From an uncultured virus (IMG/VR IMGVR_UViG_2061766007_000542) (lineage: Duplodnaviria; Heunggongvirae; Uroviricota; Caudoviricetes): 37,088 nt of DNA. Shown here piece after piece: positions 23,549 through 34,309 of this stretch (the stretch's first letter is position 1; every line of letters starts with the position of its first letter). The position numbers were made by a program, and so were the translations under genes. The stretch lies in the IMG/VR virus record IMGVR_UViG_2061766007_000542. One strand, given 5' to 3'. The notes beneath the pieces are model-generated. The model ran no database searches, was not told the DNA's origin, and was given only the letters and a program-made list of their open reading frames with translations.

Positions 23549-23920
23549 ATGTTCGTATATGTGAAAAATGGTAAGATCATCCTTCAGACCAAGAACAGAT
23601 ACTTCTGAAGTTATGTGAATGGCTCGAGAGAGTATGAATTCAATGGAGAGAAAACAGATAGACTCATCTTTGAAGACAATCAAATCAAATTGTATGAGAA
23701 TAGTAAACAATATTTAGAAGATATTAATTACTACCATCTCCAAACCGAAAACGAGGAATTAAAAAAAGAGAATAAGCAACTCGAATTCATCGCACACGAG
23801 AAAATACAAGAGGATCGTGAGATGTTTACAACAGATAAGCCTAACGATTATCAAAAAAAGATTTATTTATTAAAGAAAATGAAATGATCAAAACAGTCAT
23901 CATGACAGGGAGTCGAATAG
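23549..23920 (+). CDS. Hypothetical protein (123 aa)
   Basis: MFVYVKNGKIILQT...; extended through TGA. Confidence 0.6.
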
Positions 23921-24231
23921 AACTCCCAATCGATGCAGGAATCGAGAAAGAAAAGATTTCTGATAGAATCACAGAAAAAAATAGAATAACAGATTGATAT
24001 GGTGCACTCTACGACTCGATCGCTATCACTGCAGATGTAGAGAATGCATCAGCCGTTTTAATTTCTGATTATACCGAATGAAAACAAGAAGTAACAACAG
24101 CATGAGCTGATTATATTGAATTGAATCCATGAGGACAGTTAGTACTCCCATGGAACAGAGAAATCCAAGCCCTAAACAGACCTATGGTTTGCTGAACAAA
24201 TGGAGATGTGCTAAAAATAATAGCAAGATAA
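23884..24231 (+). CDS. Hypothetical (tail-associated?) protein (115 aa)
   Basis: MIKTVIMTGSWIELP...NGDVLKIIAR*. Confidence 0.6.
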
Positions 24232-24259
24232 TAACTCATTTAAATCATAAAAAAATAAG

Positions 24260-26629
24260 ATGACAGTAAGACTAACGGAACATTTAAATGCTTGATTTAC
24301 AGGAGGGACAGGAATAGAAATCACAGCAGATAAAATCATTAACCTCCTTATAAGAGATAGTAACAACTTAATCAAAGTTAATGGAGATAACGAAATATAC
24401 ACGGATCTCCAAATGGCAAACAATCCAAGTGTATCGACTACTTTTGATGTAGGGATTACGACAGGATATGTGAACTCATCACAAGGACGACCAGCATCAT
24501 GACAACTCGTAGTAGCGAAGACATCAGACTGAAAGCAACTCGGATTATTAAATGGGAATGATGGAAGACTCCGATATGGGAACGACTTCCAAGATCCTGA
24601 TAACCGAAAATATACTTTGCTTTCATCAGACCTCGATGACTTAAAAGATGAACTCCAACAATGGATTATTGATTTATTGGAAGAATATACAATCTTCGTA
24701 AGAGTATCAACAGCAAGAGGAGTAGAAAACAATACCTATATGCTCAAAAGTGTAACGACTTCCTCAGATGCAAGTAGTGCTCAAATCAACATGATCAGGA
24801 GAGATGTAGCAGGAGTCGTATCAAGTGATGTGCTAAGCAATGTACAAATGCCTGTAGCAAGTGAAACAACAGCAGGAGTGATGACAGCGAGTGTTTATAA
24901 TCAAGTACAAAGCAACTCAGACAGAATCCTTAACCTTGAGGGGTTAGGAGAATATCTCGGACTCTTTGAAACCTTGAATGATAGACCAACCAATGTGTCA
25001 GAATTTACTGATGTCGTACCAACAAGAAACGATTTCATCAAAATCGCAACGGACTCATCAAAAGGAGGAGTACTCTCACAGTATAGAATCGTAAGAATCG
25101 CCGCTAACGGAGATATTACATGGGACAGTGGAATGGTATATTCAAGTACAGAGAATTATAGAGTATATGCAACGATCCACGAAAGAGATGTGGATGTGAA
25201 TCTTTATGATGGACTTCTATGATATGTACAAGCAAATAAAACAACTTACTACTACGATGAAGATACAACATCATGGAAAGAACAAAATCCTGACAGAGTA
25301 GAACAAAAACTCTATCTCCTCGAAACAGAAGTACAAGGAGAAACAGTTTACTCATTATCTACAAGTCAAAGTACAGCAGATAATATACAATTCACAACGG
25401 TTACAAATTACTTAAACAATGATAATATCGTAATAGTAGCAGTTACAGATGGAACAGCAGAAAGTATCCTTGACTTAGTACTCGTAGCACCTGATCAATA
25501 TGTGTGGGAGGGATCAAGTTATGCAACGGTAGAAGACCAAAGGAAAGTCAGAGTGAAAATGGATGTACTCAATACGGTAACAAAAGCAATCATCGAAGAA
25601 GATGCATACATCACATGGGATGATGTAGATACAGCGATGTCAGATGTATCAACTAACCCTGTACAGAATAACACGATTAAAGATTATATCGATAAAAGAA
25701 CAACCATCGGAAATGACAGCACAAACCTCTTAAAAAGAGTAGACAATCAAGACTATGCTAACATTGAATCTGATGTAACGATCACGATAGAAAACAAAAC
25801 GGACAAAACCGTACCTTACAAGAAAATCGGAGTAGCAGTATCAGAAGTAACAGGAAACTGTATCGAAGTAAAATCGGATGGAATTTATACTCAAGGGACA
25901 AAAGACTATGATGAATTAATCAACACTCCACTCTATCTCACAGATAAAGGAGAAGTAACTCAAACCGTGAATGTAAATTCAGATTATCAAGATTTTTTTG
26001 ATAGTCTATGACAAATTATCCAAGTAGCAACACTCCCAACAGCAAGTGCAACAGAAGAGGGAAATATTTATCAATACATCGGAGCAACAACAAGTGTAGC
26101 ACCAATTTATACCAACGGATACTTTTATAAATGTGTAAGTGATGGAGCAGTTACTCCTACTTATTCATGGGAGGCAATCTCAACTCAAGAAGTAGCAACA
26201 AGCCTCGCAGACCTAAGTGATACAACTATCACTAATCCAAGCAACTGAGAGATAACTGTCTTTAATGGTACAAGCACAAAATGGGAGAATAAAAATCCTA
26301 ATGCACGGAATACTCTCACAGGTACAACTCTAACGATTTCATGAACAAATTATAGAAATCAGATCACTACTAATGCAAATATTACAGTAAGTGCTTGAAC
26401 AGGACTTATTCCATGAGCAGAATACATCCTAAGAGTAAGCAACAGCGATACTTCAAATGCTAAAACGATGACTTATAACAGTGTAGTATATACTATCCCA
26501 GCAAGTGCAAATATTAACTTCAAATTTTATGCTTTAACAAGTACTACTCTTGATTTTGAATGACCAAGAATCCTCACACAGATGATAACAAGTAACGTGG
26601 AGGAATGAAAGGTATACTACATCATTTAA
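24260..26629 (+). CDS. Tail fibre / receptor-binding protein (789 aa)
   Basis: Mosaic of fibre motifs: GGTGIEIT, PVASETTAGVM, STNPVQNNTIK, DYDELINTP, SLADLSDT. Confidence 0.75.
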
Positions 26630-26648
26630 TTTTTAAAAGTTAAATAAC

Positions 26649-27320
26649 ATGAAAATAAAAGAATGCTATGTGTGACATTTCAAAGTACGACCTAAAAAAT
26701 GATGGACTCCATGAGAGGATACAATAGCATATTATAAATTCAATGGTAACTTAAATGATAGTAGTGGAAATAACAGAAATCTCTCATGATGAACATTCAC
26801 ATACTGAGAACTCCAAACAGGAGCAAAATATATCCAAACATCATCAGGACAGTATACGAATAACTATACATCAATGCCTTTCAATACTAACTCATACACG
26901 ATAAACATCCGAGCCTGTGCAGATGCAACTACTACATCATGAATGTTGGTAGACTTCCATACAAACAAGTCTAACTTCCCAAGATTCGCAACAGCATCAA
27001 CAAATAAATTCACATTCACAACAAACCCAACTAACATCACTACAACAATCAATGAGTGGCACAATTATGTCTGTGTTTGTAAAAACGAAACGGCTTACTG
27101 TTATATTGATGGAGTACAAAAAACCACAAAAGCAATCAACTCACACAATGCTAATCTGAATTATTTTAGATTGAATACGATAGGATATGCTGATGCTTCA
27201 CTAACCAAATACACATGGAAAGGAAAGATGTCAGAATTGATCCTTGAATCAAAAGATCGAACAGCACAGGAAATAGTAGACTACTACAACAAAACAAAAT
27301 CAGATTACGGTATTTCTTAA
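26649..27320 (+). CDS. LamG/concanavalin-A-like lectin domain protein (223 aa)
   Basis: IAYYKFNGNLNDSSGNNRNL, EWHNYV, YIDG, WKGKMSEL. Confidence 0.8.
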
Positions 27321-27343
27321 TTTTATCTCCTAACAAAAACAAA

Positions 27344-27565
27344 ATGGAATTACACGATAAACACTTCTTCAATAATACCGAAGTAGATATTGATAAAGTG
27401 GTAGATTACATTCATCAACATCCTCAAGACATGATGACAGTACTCTCCTATGTAATAGAAAGAGTACAGCATTATAAAGAATTTGAGGATAAAAAAGAAT
27501 TTGAAAAGAGGATGTACGACCACAAAATCCAAGAACTCTATGCAGAGTATATGAAAGAAGATTAA
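27344..27565 (+). CDS. Small helical protein (73 aa)
   Basis: Present in the ORF track; HPQDMMTVLSYVIERV. Confidence 0.7.
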   Translation: MELHDKHFFNNTEVDIDKVVDYIHQHPQDMMTVLSYVIERVQHYKEFEDKKEFEKRMYDHKIQELYAEYMKED

Positions 27566-27643
27566 AAATAAGGTGGTGAGCGACATAAGAAAAAATACCA
27601 CAAAAACAAAAACAAAACTTTTATACCTTAATCAAACAAAAAC

Positions 27644-28198
27644 ATGGATAACAATAACGCACTCTGATTCAGTACAGGGATGGGGACATGGCTTATTATT
27701 CTCCTTCTTTTCTTAGGATGGGGAGGAAATAATGGATTCTGATTTGGAAACAATAACAATGCAGGAGCTCGAATGATGGCTAATAGCAACGCTAATAACA
27801 ATCATGACAATACCGTAGACCTCATTAATAACAATACGATGTGGCAAAATCAGGTATTCAATACTCAGAATCAAGCCAACCAAACCAGCATGATACAGAT
27901 GGGATTCTGTAACACGAATAATAATATTGAAAGAGCGATACAACAAGCAAATCAAAATACTTGTCAGATTATTGCTAACTCCACTGCTAATACACAAAAG
28001 ATTCTTGATATGATGTGCAATCAAGAAACTCAAAGATTAAGAACTGAACTTGCTGAACAAAAAGTTATAGCACAGAACAATCAGCAAACGGTAGATTTAC
28101 TAAGTAGATTACAGCCAACACCTGTACCTTCTTACATAGTATCAAGTCCGTACACTTCAATCTATCCACCTGCAACAAGTACTGCAAGTAACGGATAA
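27644..28198 (+). CDS. Gly/Asn-rich membrane-anchored coiled-coil protein (184 aa)
   Basis: WLIILLLFLGWGGNNGFGFG...MGFC..NTCQII..NTQKILDMMC..LSRLQPTPVPSY..SPY. Confidence 0.8.
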
Positions 28199-28280
28199 TA
28201 AATAATCTCGTTATTTGGTGGTCGCTGTAATAAAAGAAACCAAGTAGCGAGATTCATTTTATTTGATAAAACAATAAATC

Positions 28281-28940
28281 ATGACAATATTTATGGGATC
28301 GGATGAATTGAAAGAATTCTATCTGTGAAAAAAATGATGGGAACCTTGAGAGAATACAATCGCTTATTATCCATTCAAATGAGATATGAATAATAGAGCA
28401 GGTACAGGTACAGCGACAGGTGGTACAATAGGTGCAAATTATCTAACTTGTAATGCAGATACTATTACAGTACCATTCACTGAAACAAATAGTTCAAATT
28501 CTCCTTTCACTGCTAATATTTGGATAAAAATAACAAGACGACCATCATACAATCCAAGAATATATAATGATAGATGAGGGAAAACTTGTTTAATAGTTGA
28601 ACATTACTATAGCACATGAGTATTAGCATTAAAACGAGACAGGGATGCTCAAAGACCTGCACCTTCATACACAACAGCTATATCAGGTAATCAATGGACA
28701 AATATTATCCTTACATATTCATGAACATGAAACACTTTCTATATTTACAATAATGGACAAAAATTTACATATCCAAACGGTATAGATAGATTGACAAGTG
28801 ATAATAAGATACAGTTTGGTAGTGCTGGTTCGGATTTACTTTATGCACAAATATCTGAATTTATCTTTGAAAAAGTACAACGAACAGATGATCAAGCTAT
28901 AGAGTATTTTAACCAAACAAAATCAGATTACTGAATCTAA
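28281..28940 (+). CDS. LamG/ConA-like protein, paralogue of 26649-27320 (219 aa)
   Basis: KKGWEPGENTIAYYPF...ISEFIFEK..W...TKSDYGI. Confidence 0.75.
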
Positions 28941-28971
28941 TAATCAAACTTTTATCTCTTTTTCATAACCA

Positions 28972-29211
28972 ATGGACAAAATGATCGGTATGTTTCTCTG
29001 AAGTATGCTCCAAAACAAACTCCAACAAATGTGAATCAATACACAATGAGTAAACTTCAATGATATGAATTCAATAAATGATTTTGCACAAAAGATCCTA
29101 CCTTGAATCTTAAAGAACAATCCACAGGCAAGGGAGATGATAAAAAACAGCATGGGGAACTTTGACCCAAAGCAAAAGGAGGAGATTGTGAAAATCATTG
29201 ATAACCTTTAA
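28972..29211 (+). CDS. Small Met/Gln-rich helical protein (79 aa)
   Basis: MDKMIGMFLGSMLQNKLQQMG...NNPQAREMI. Confidence 0.7.
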
Positions 29212-29227
29212 TCTCTAAACAAAAAGT

Positions 29228-29512
29228 ATGGCTTTATCTAATGAAACCCTTGAAATCATGTTAAACGACTTGAAAAGAAATCAGCAGGAACTGAAAGAAG
29301 ATTATACAAAGAAATTTGAAGATTTATGAAATAAGATTGATAGATTATCCGAAAAAATCGATAGTCTACCGAATAATTATGTAACAAGGGGAGAATTCGA
29401 CTATTGTAAGGACAAAGTGAAAACAATGGAAGAAAGATGGAACAAGATAGTATGGATACTTATCACGGCAATTATTGGTGCAGTTCTGAGTTTAGTTTTA
29501 ATACCAAAATAA
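29228..29512 (+). CDS. Coiled-coil plus C-terminal TM protein (XhlA-like lysis accessory, 94 aa)
   Basis: YVTRGEF..KIVWILITAIIGAVLSLVL; upstream of the holin. Confidence 0.65.
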
Positions 29513-29539
29513 ATCTTTTATTCATAACCAATTATAAAA

Positions 29540-29797
29540 ATGTTATTAGAAGTATTAATCGGAATCGCAATGAGCGTTATCACGCAAGTAGCGAAAAAAA
29601 CAAAGATCGATGGTAAGTACATCATCGCTGTACTTTCCATAATTCTCGGAGGAATCTACTTCTTCGTGAAAAAAAATCATCCTGAAATCGTAGAGGAAGT
29701 GATGACCTTCACAATTGGAATCTATGGAATAAGCCAAGTCGTTTACAATTACATCATCAAACGATTTGAAAAGGATAAAAAGGAGGAAACGAAATAA
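29540..29797 (+). CDS. Putative holin (85 aa)
   Basis: Multiple hydrophobic segments and a charged C-terminus; precedes the peptidase. Confidence 0.6.
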   Translation: MLLEVLIGIAMSVITQVAKKTKIDGKYIIAVLSIILGGIYFFVKKNHPEIVEEVMTFTIGIYGISQVVYNYIIKRFEKDKKEETK

Positions 29798-29837
29798 TCC
29801 TCCTTCTTAATCAGAATTTTATTTTTTTTAAAACACG

Positions 29838-30689
29838 ATGACAGAAAACAACGGATGCTTAGGAGATGGATATACAAGAACAGACTATCTCCTCTCTGCA
29901 GAAGAAATCAACGCACTCCCTGAACTCGAACAGCAGGATGATATCATCTTTGAATACAATCAAGGGGACTCAAATGACTGTACTATTTACTCGGCTCTCG
30001 GAGCATTATCAGACCTTTATAACCGTGAAGTTACACAGGAGCAAATCGAGGAATGTAACGAGGAAAGTTATAAGAGAGGGAGAGTAAGAGGGAACGGTCG
30101 ATTCACAAAAAAAGCAGTGGAAACATGCTGTGACAAGTGGATGGAACGATACCCAACGGACAAAGTGTTTTTTTATGCTTTGAGAAACCGAAATAATGAA
30201 GAAAACTTCAATAAAATCCTTGAGAAATGATACAGCATCTGTACCTCTTTCAATGGGAACAGATCCTATCAAAAAGACCGTGATGATAACGGACAGATTG
30301 ATAAAGCAGAGCACGGAGAGAGTACCTACGGACACGCAGTAAACCTCAGAAAATACGGTAAATGGGACAGAGCAGTAAAAGACTCCTACAAGGGAAGAAA
30401 AACGAACATCTACGGATTGATCCCAACGATCGATGAACTGAATAATGCAGGGACACGGCAAAACTGGTCGTATGTAATCCTGAAAGACAAATCAGCAGAG
30501 GCGAAAGTCAGAGAGGACATCAAAAGACTCAACAGGATGAAAACACGCCTCACTGGGATGATCGAAGATAACTCAGCAATGTGGGAAGACACACATGATG
30601 AAGAATACAGAAAAGAACTCCATATCATCAATGAGATGAATAGGAAGAAGATACAGGACTGCAATAGAGAACTTGCTAAGTATATGTAA
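29838..30689 (+). CDS. Papain-like (C1/C39-type) cysteine peptidase, probable endolysin (283 aa)
   Basis: YNQG...DCTIYS, YGHAV and VKDSY motifs; follows the holin. Confidence 0.65.
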
Positions 30690-30718
30690 AGGACTTGACA
30701 AACGAGTCCTTTTTTTTA
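30688..30718 (+). terminator. Intrinsic terminator ending the late operon
   Basis: AAAGGACTT-GACAAAC-GAGTCCTTT followed by a T tract; contains TTGACA. Confidence 0.75.
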
Positions 30719-30754
30719 TGTTGTATGTGATTTTATTTTTTAAAAGTGGAGAAA

Positions 30755-31132
30755 ATGCAAAAAGAAAACAAACCTCAAAAAAGTGTATGGAGATCAATCC
30801 TTTCTCTTTTTATCTTAGCGTTAGCAACATCTTCCTGAGGATTGGTACTGTATGGATTTTTGAACTGGTTATACTTCCCCTTAGGAGTTATTGGAGCAAT
30901 TGCTGGTATTATTGCTTTTATTTATCTTTGATACAAATACGTAATAAAAGATTTACGAGCAGGAATAAAAGGAAGGTATGTACAATCAAAAAAACATGAA
31001 TGATCAGAAAAATTAATTGATCGATGACTTATCCTTCTTTGGTCTTACTTAACATTATTCATAACGATAGTAATCGGATTATGCAGTAACTGAATGAAAA
31101 TCTACACAATTTTAGTATTATTTTTAAAATAA
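30755..31132 (+). CDS. Multi-TM membrane protein (125 aa), moron-like
   Basis: Three or more hydrophobic helices; open with TGA=Gly. Confidence 0.6.
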
Positions 31133-31290
31133 TGACAAAAGTACAACGATGGATTTTTATTGTTTTACTATTTTTAGTAGTAGCAAAATTCCTATTAACC
31201 TGAATAGACATCAACTTAAACGTAACAGTGCATAACGCACAATATCAAAACCATTATAACGATACATTAAAAATCTCTCTTGAAAAATAA
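31132..31290 (+). CDS. Small membrane-anchored protein (52 aa)
   Basis: MTKVQWWIFIVLLFLVVAKFLLTG...; TAATG coupling. Confidence 0.55.
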
Positions 31291-31318
31291 AGTGATAACT
31301 AAAACATATCACTTTTTT
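31289..31318 (+). terminator. Intrinsic terminator
   Basis: AAAGTGATA-ACTAAAACA-TATCACTTT TTT. Confidence 0.6.
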
Positions 31319-31368
31319 AAAAAGTCAAGTAGAAAATCTACAGCAAAAACATATACAGAAATTGCTGT

Positions 31369-31396
31369 GGTGCTTATAAGTAGTCTTAGCAACTTT
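31369..31396 (+). promoter_or_regulatory. dif-like recombination site candidate
   Basis: GGTGCTTATAA-GTAGTC-TTAGCAACTTT (11-6-11), ending 21 nt before the recombinase ATG. Confidence 0.4.
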
Positions 31397-31417
31397 TTAT
31401 AAGCTAACTTTTAAAAA

Positions 31418-32308
31418 ATGCTAAAAAAATTTATTGAACGAATGAGAATCAACAGAAATTTTTCAGAAATAACTGTAAAAAATTATACAAGAACACTTTC
31501 CACATTTAATGAATTTCTCAACAAGGCAACCTTCTGAAACATCTCCATAGATACTCCTGAAAAAATCCAACTCTACCATATCAACAACTTCATTTTGATA
31601 GAAAGAGCAAAGGGACAAACCGTAGCAACAACCAATAACAAACTCGCAGGAATCAAAATGTTTATAAGATACTGCATCGTAGCAGGACTCGAAGTAATCA
31701 ATCCACAATCAATCATCTTCGCAAGAGAAAACGAAATCAAGATCGAGGCACTAACCAAAGCAGAGGCAACAAAATTAATGGAATACTTCAAGCAAGTACC
31801 GTGTGAAACAGAAAGGGAAGGACTAATAAAAATCAGAAACTTATTGATCTGTTCGTTTTTTCTCTACACAGGACTCAGAGTCAGTGAACTCTCACATCTT
31901 CAGATCGAAGAAGTAAAGGATGACTTCCAAATCATCGGTAAAGGATGAAAGAGAAGATACGTCCATCTCTCAACAGAAACTAAAGCAATTTTTGATCTGT
32001 ATATCACAATGAGAAAAGACCAAGAAAAACGGTTATTCATCTCTCACTCCAACAACTGCAACGGTAGGCTTTCCAATGTCTCAATAGAGAGAATCATCAA
32101 GAGAGGAGGAGAACAAGCAGGAATTATAGGAAAAGTATTCCCACATAAACTGAGGCACACGTTCGCAACGGAACTCATGAAAAACGATGTGGATCTGATA
32201 AAAGTGCAAAGGCTACTCGGACATAAGAACATCCAAACAACAGAGAGATACATCACGGTATATAACCAAGACTTAAAGGATGCTGTCTGATTGATTAACT
32301 TTTGATAA
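31418..32308 (+). CDS. XerC/D-like tyrosine recombinase/integrase (296 aa)
   Basis: SEITVKNY N-terminal domain; YTGLRVSEL, GKGGKRR, PHKLRHTFAT, LLGHKNIQTTERY. Confidence 0.92.
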
Positions 32309-32450
32309 CAAAACATAACAAAACCGAACAAAATCATTTTTGATACGTTTTGATAACAAAACCGGACAAAACATAACAAACAATAACAAAACATAACAAA
32401 ATGGAACAAAATGCAACAAAACATAACAAAATCAATTTTGATACGTTTTG
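32303..32450 (+). repeat. Iteron-like array: 11 degenerate 10-mers (consensus ACATAACAAA) and two TTTTGATACGTTTTG; probable replication origin
   Basis: Directly visible tandem repeats, followed by an AT-rich TATATATACATATATAT tract near 32519-32538. Confidence 0.7.
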
Positions 32451-32742
32451 TTTTTCAACAAGGGGGAATAACAGATTTAAAGGGGAGTTTCAAAACCTTA
32501 AAAAAACCTTAAATCCTCTATATATATACATATATATAGTAATAGTATGTTAAACTTATAAGAAATACATAGAAATACTTTTAAAAGAAAAAAGAAAATA
32601 AAAAAAGAAAAAAGAAAAAAAATCTGAAACAGGGGAGTGGGATAAAAAAACAAGATCGAGAAAAATGATAAAACTCCACTCCTCTAAAAAATAATAAAAT
32701 TGTGAAAATGGAGAAATCGTAGGTTTGAAAAGACAAAAAAAT

Positions 32743-32777
32743 CTCTTGATTTTTTCATTTTTTTGATTATATTGTAG
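32743..32777 (+). promoter_or_regulatory. Sigma70-type early promoter (copy 3 of 3)
   Basis: CTCTTGATTTTTTCATTTTTTTGATTATATTGTAG. Confidence 0.7.
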
Positions 32778-33032
32778 GCAATCAAGTGGGTAAGAATTTG
32801 GTTAGCACAATGTACCTTAAACAACATTGAGAAACCATTCAAAAGTTCCTATCCACGAGAGAGGGACTTTTTTAAAACACCACAGCACAAAGGCTACTAA
32901 GAAAGTTCCGAATGTGGATAAACAACGGTACTGAATCATATAGTACCATAGGCTTATCCACTCCTATGGCACTATACGACTTAGTACTACTGCAGGAGGC
33001 TGATCGTATAGGCTACGATCAGCTTTATTTTT
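32778..33032 (+). ncRNA. Structured leader / attenuator-like RNA before the replication operon
   Basis: Nested stems GTGGATAA/TTATCCAC, GGTACT/AGTACC and TACTAAG/CTTAGTA; perfect hairpin GCTGATCGTA-TAGGC-TACGATCAGC followed by a T-rich tract. Confidence 0.45.
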
Positions 33033-33045
33033 ATAACCAAAAACA

Positions 33046-33234
33046 ATGCTCAGATTGTACGACAAATGAAACGGAGTGAACTTCATCGGATGGGATGAAA
33101 ACAATACTCCATACGAAATCGCAAAAAGGAGTGGGGACTTTTATCACATCGAACTAAACGATGAATTAAAAGCCTCACTCGGAGAAAAACTACAAAAAGG
33201 AAGTTTTAGAATCTGCGACAAAAATGAAGATTAA
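33046..33234 (+). CDS. Hypothetical protein (62 aa)
   Basis: MLRLYDKGNGVNFIGWD... Confidence 0.6.
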
Positions 33235-33772
33235 AATGATTGAAACAATGCTCGAAACTATCGACATGCTGGATGAAACAGAGCAACTAAAAATCTACAA
33301 AACGATAGTTTCAAAGATTCTCGCTGAACAAAACGAAATCTCACAGAAAAGAGCAGAGGCAAGAAAGGGGAAGACAAAAACAAAACAAACAGAAACAAAA
33401 CAAACAACAGAAATCAAAGAAAAAAAAGAAAAAAAACAACCTGATCCTGAAGTAACAGAATGCGTGGAAATAGTGAAAAAATACAACGGATGAACGATCG
33501 AGGGAGCAGAATGACAGCAAAGAAAATATGCAAAACTGCTCCTTGATAAAATGAAAAAGATCGAGAGCATCCAAAACTGAAAAACAACACGGCAAGAAGT
33601 ATTAAACATTATTCTGAACATAGTATCGAACAACAAATACCACGCAACAAAGATCGCATCTCCTGAAAAAATCTACTACAACCTCAGCACATTAATGCAG
33701 GTCTGTAAGCAAGAGGGGACAAACAGAACATTTGACATCAACTCTTATTCTTTACCTTGAATAAACTGATAA
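33224..33772 (+). CDS. Putative replication initiator (DUF6291-like N-terminus, 182 aa)
   Basis: IDMLDETEQLKIYKTI..ISQKRAEARKG followed by a KTKQT low-complexity linker; C-terminal IASPEKIYYN. Confidence 0.5.
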
Positions 33773-33773
33773 A

Positions 33774-34118
33774 ATGGCAAACAGCATAACACCCTATCAA
33801 GAAATCGTGATGATAAAACTCAAGGATGGAAAGTATCTAAGGACAACGGCAACAATGGAGCAAGTTTCACAAATCCTAAACGATAACACAAAGGATTACA
33901 TCATGATTGATGGAGTAGGATTCAATAGACTCACAGCAGTGGAAGATTACTACCCATACAATCCTGATGAATTGGAATGCTTTATTCGGAGTCAACCAAA
34001 AGAAATACAAGAAGAACTTGAAAAGATCGTGAAAACAAGAAAAGAAAAACAACTCCCTATCAGATGAACAAAACATCTATGGGAAATCTATCAAAACCAT
34101 TTATCTCCAAAACAATAA
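33774..34118 (+). CDS. Hypothetical protein (114 aa)
   Basis: Track ORF extended through TGA. Confidence 0.7.
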
Positions 34119-34119
34119 G

Positions 34120-34308
34120 ATGACAAAAAGGACAGATTTACAATACATATTCTCGCAAGATTTCAAGAGTATGTATCAAGAATTTTATAAAGACCAATTC
34201 ACAATCAAAGAATTTACAAGACTATTCAAAGAATTTTATAAGGAACACGAAAACGATGACATGTGCTTTGAAGACCGATTACAACTTTATCTCTTAAACA
34301 GAAAATAG
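34120..34308 (+). CDS. Hypothetical protein (62 aa)
   Basis: Present in the ORF track; tightly packed between neighbours. Confidence 0.65.
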   Translation: MTKRTDLQYIFSQDFKSMYQEFYKDQFTIKEFTRLFKEFYKEHENDDMCFEDRLQLYLLNRK

Positions 34309-34309
34309 G

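Noticed and set aside
26649..28940. Diversity-generating retroelement acting on the two lectin-like genes
   Set aside because: No reverse transcriptase was found and there is no near-identical TR/VR pair with adenine-specific differences. The paralogues are diverged throughout.
31363..32887. Invertible segment bounded by TGCTGTGGTG / CACCACAGCA
   Set aside because: The match is only 10 bp, and a similar word occurs near 36322 within an RNA stem. This is insufficient evidence.
32880..33000. tRNA gene (for example a suppressor for TGA or CGA)
   Set aside because: I could not build a cloverleaf or T-loop (GTTCRA) here, and I noticed none elsewhere. tRNAscan/ARAGORN would be needed to exclude one fully.
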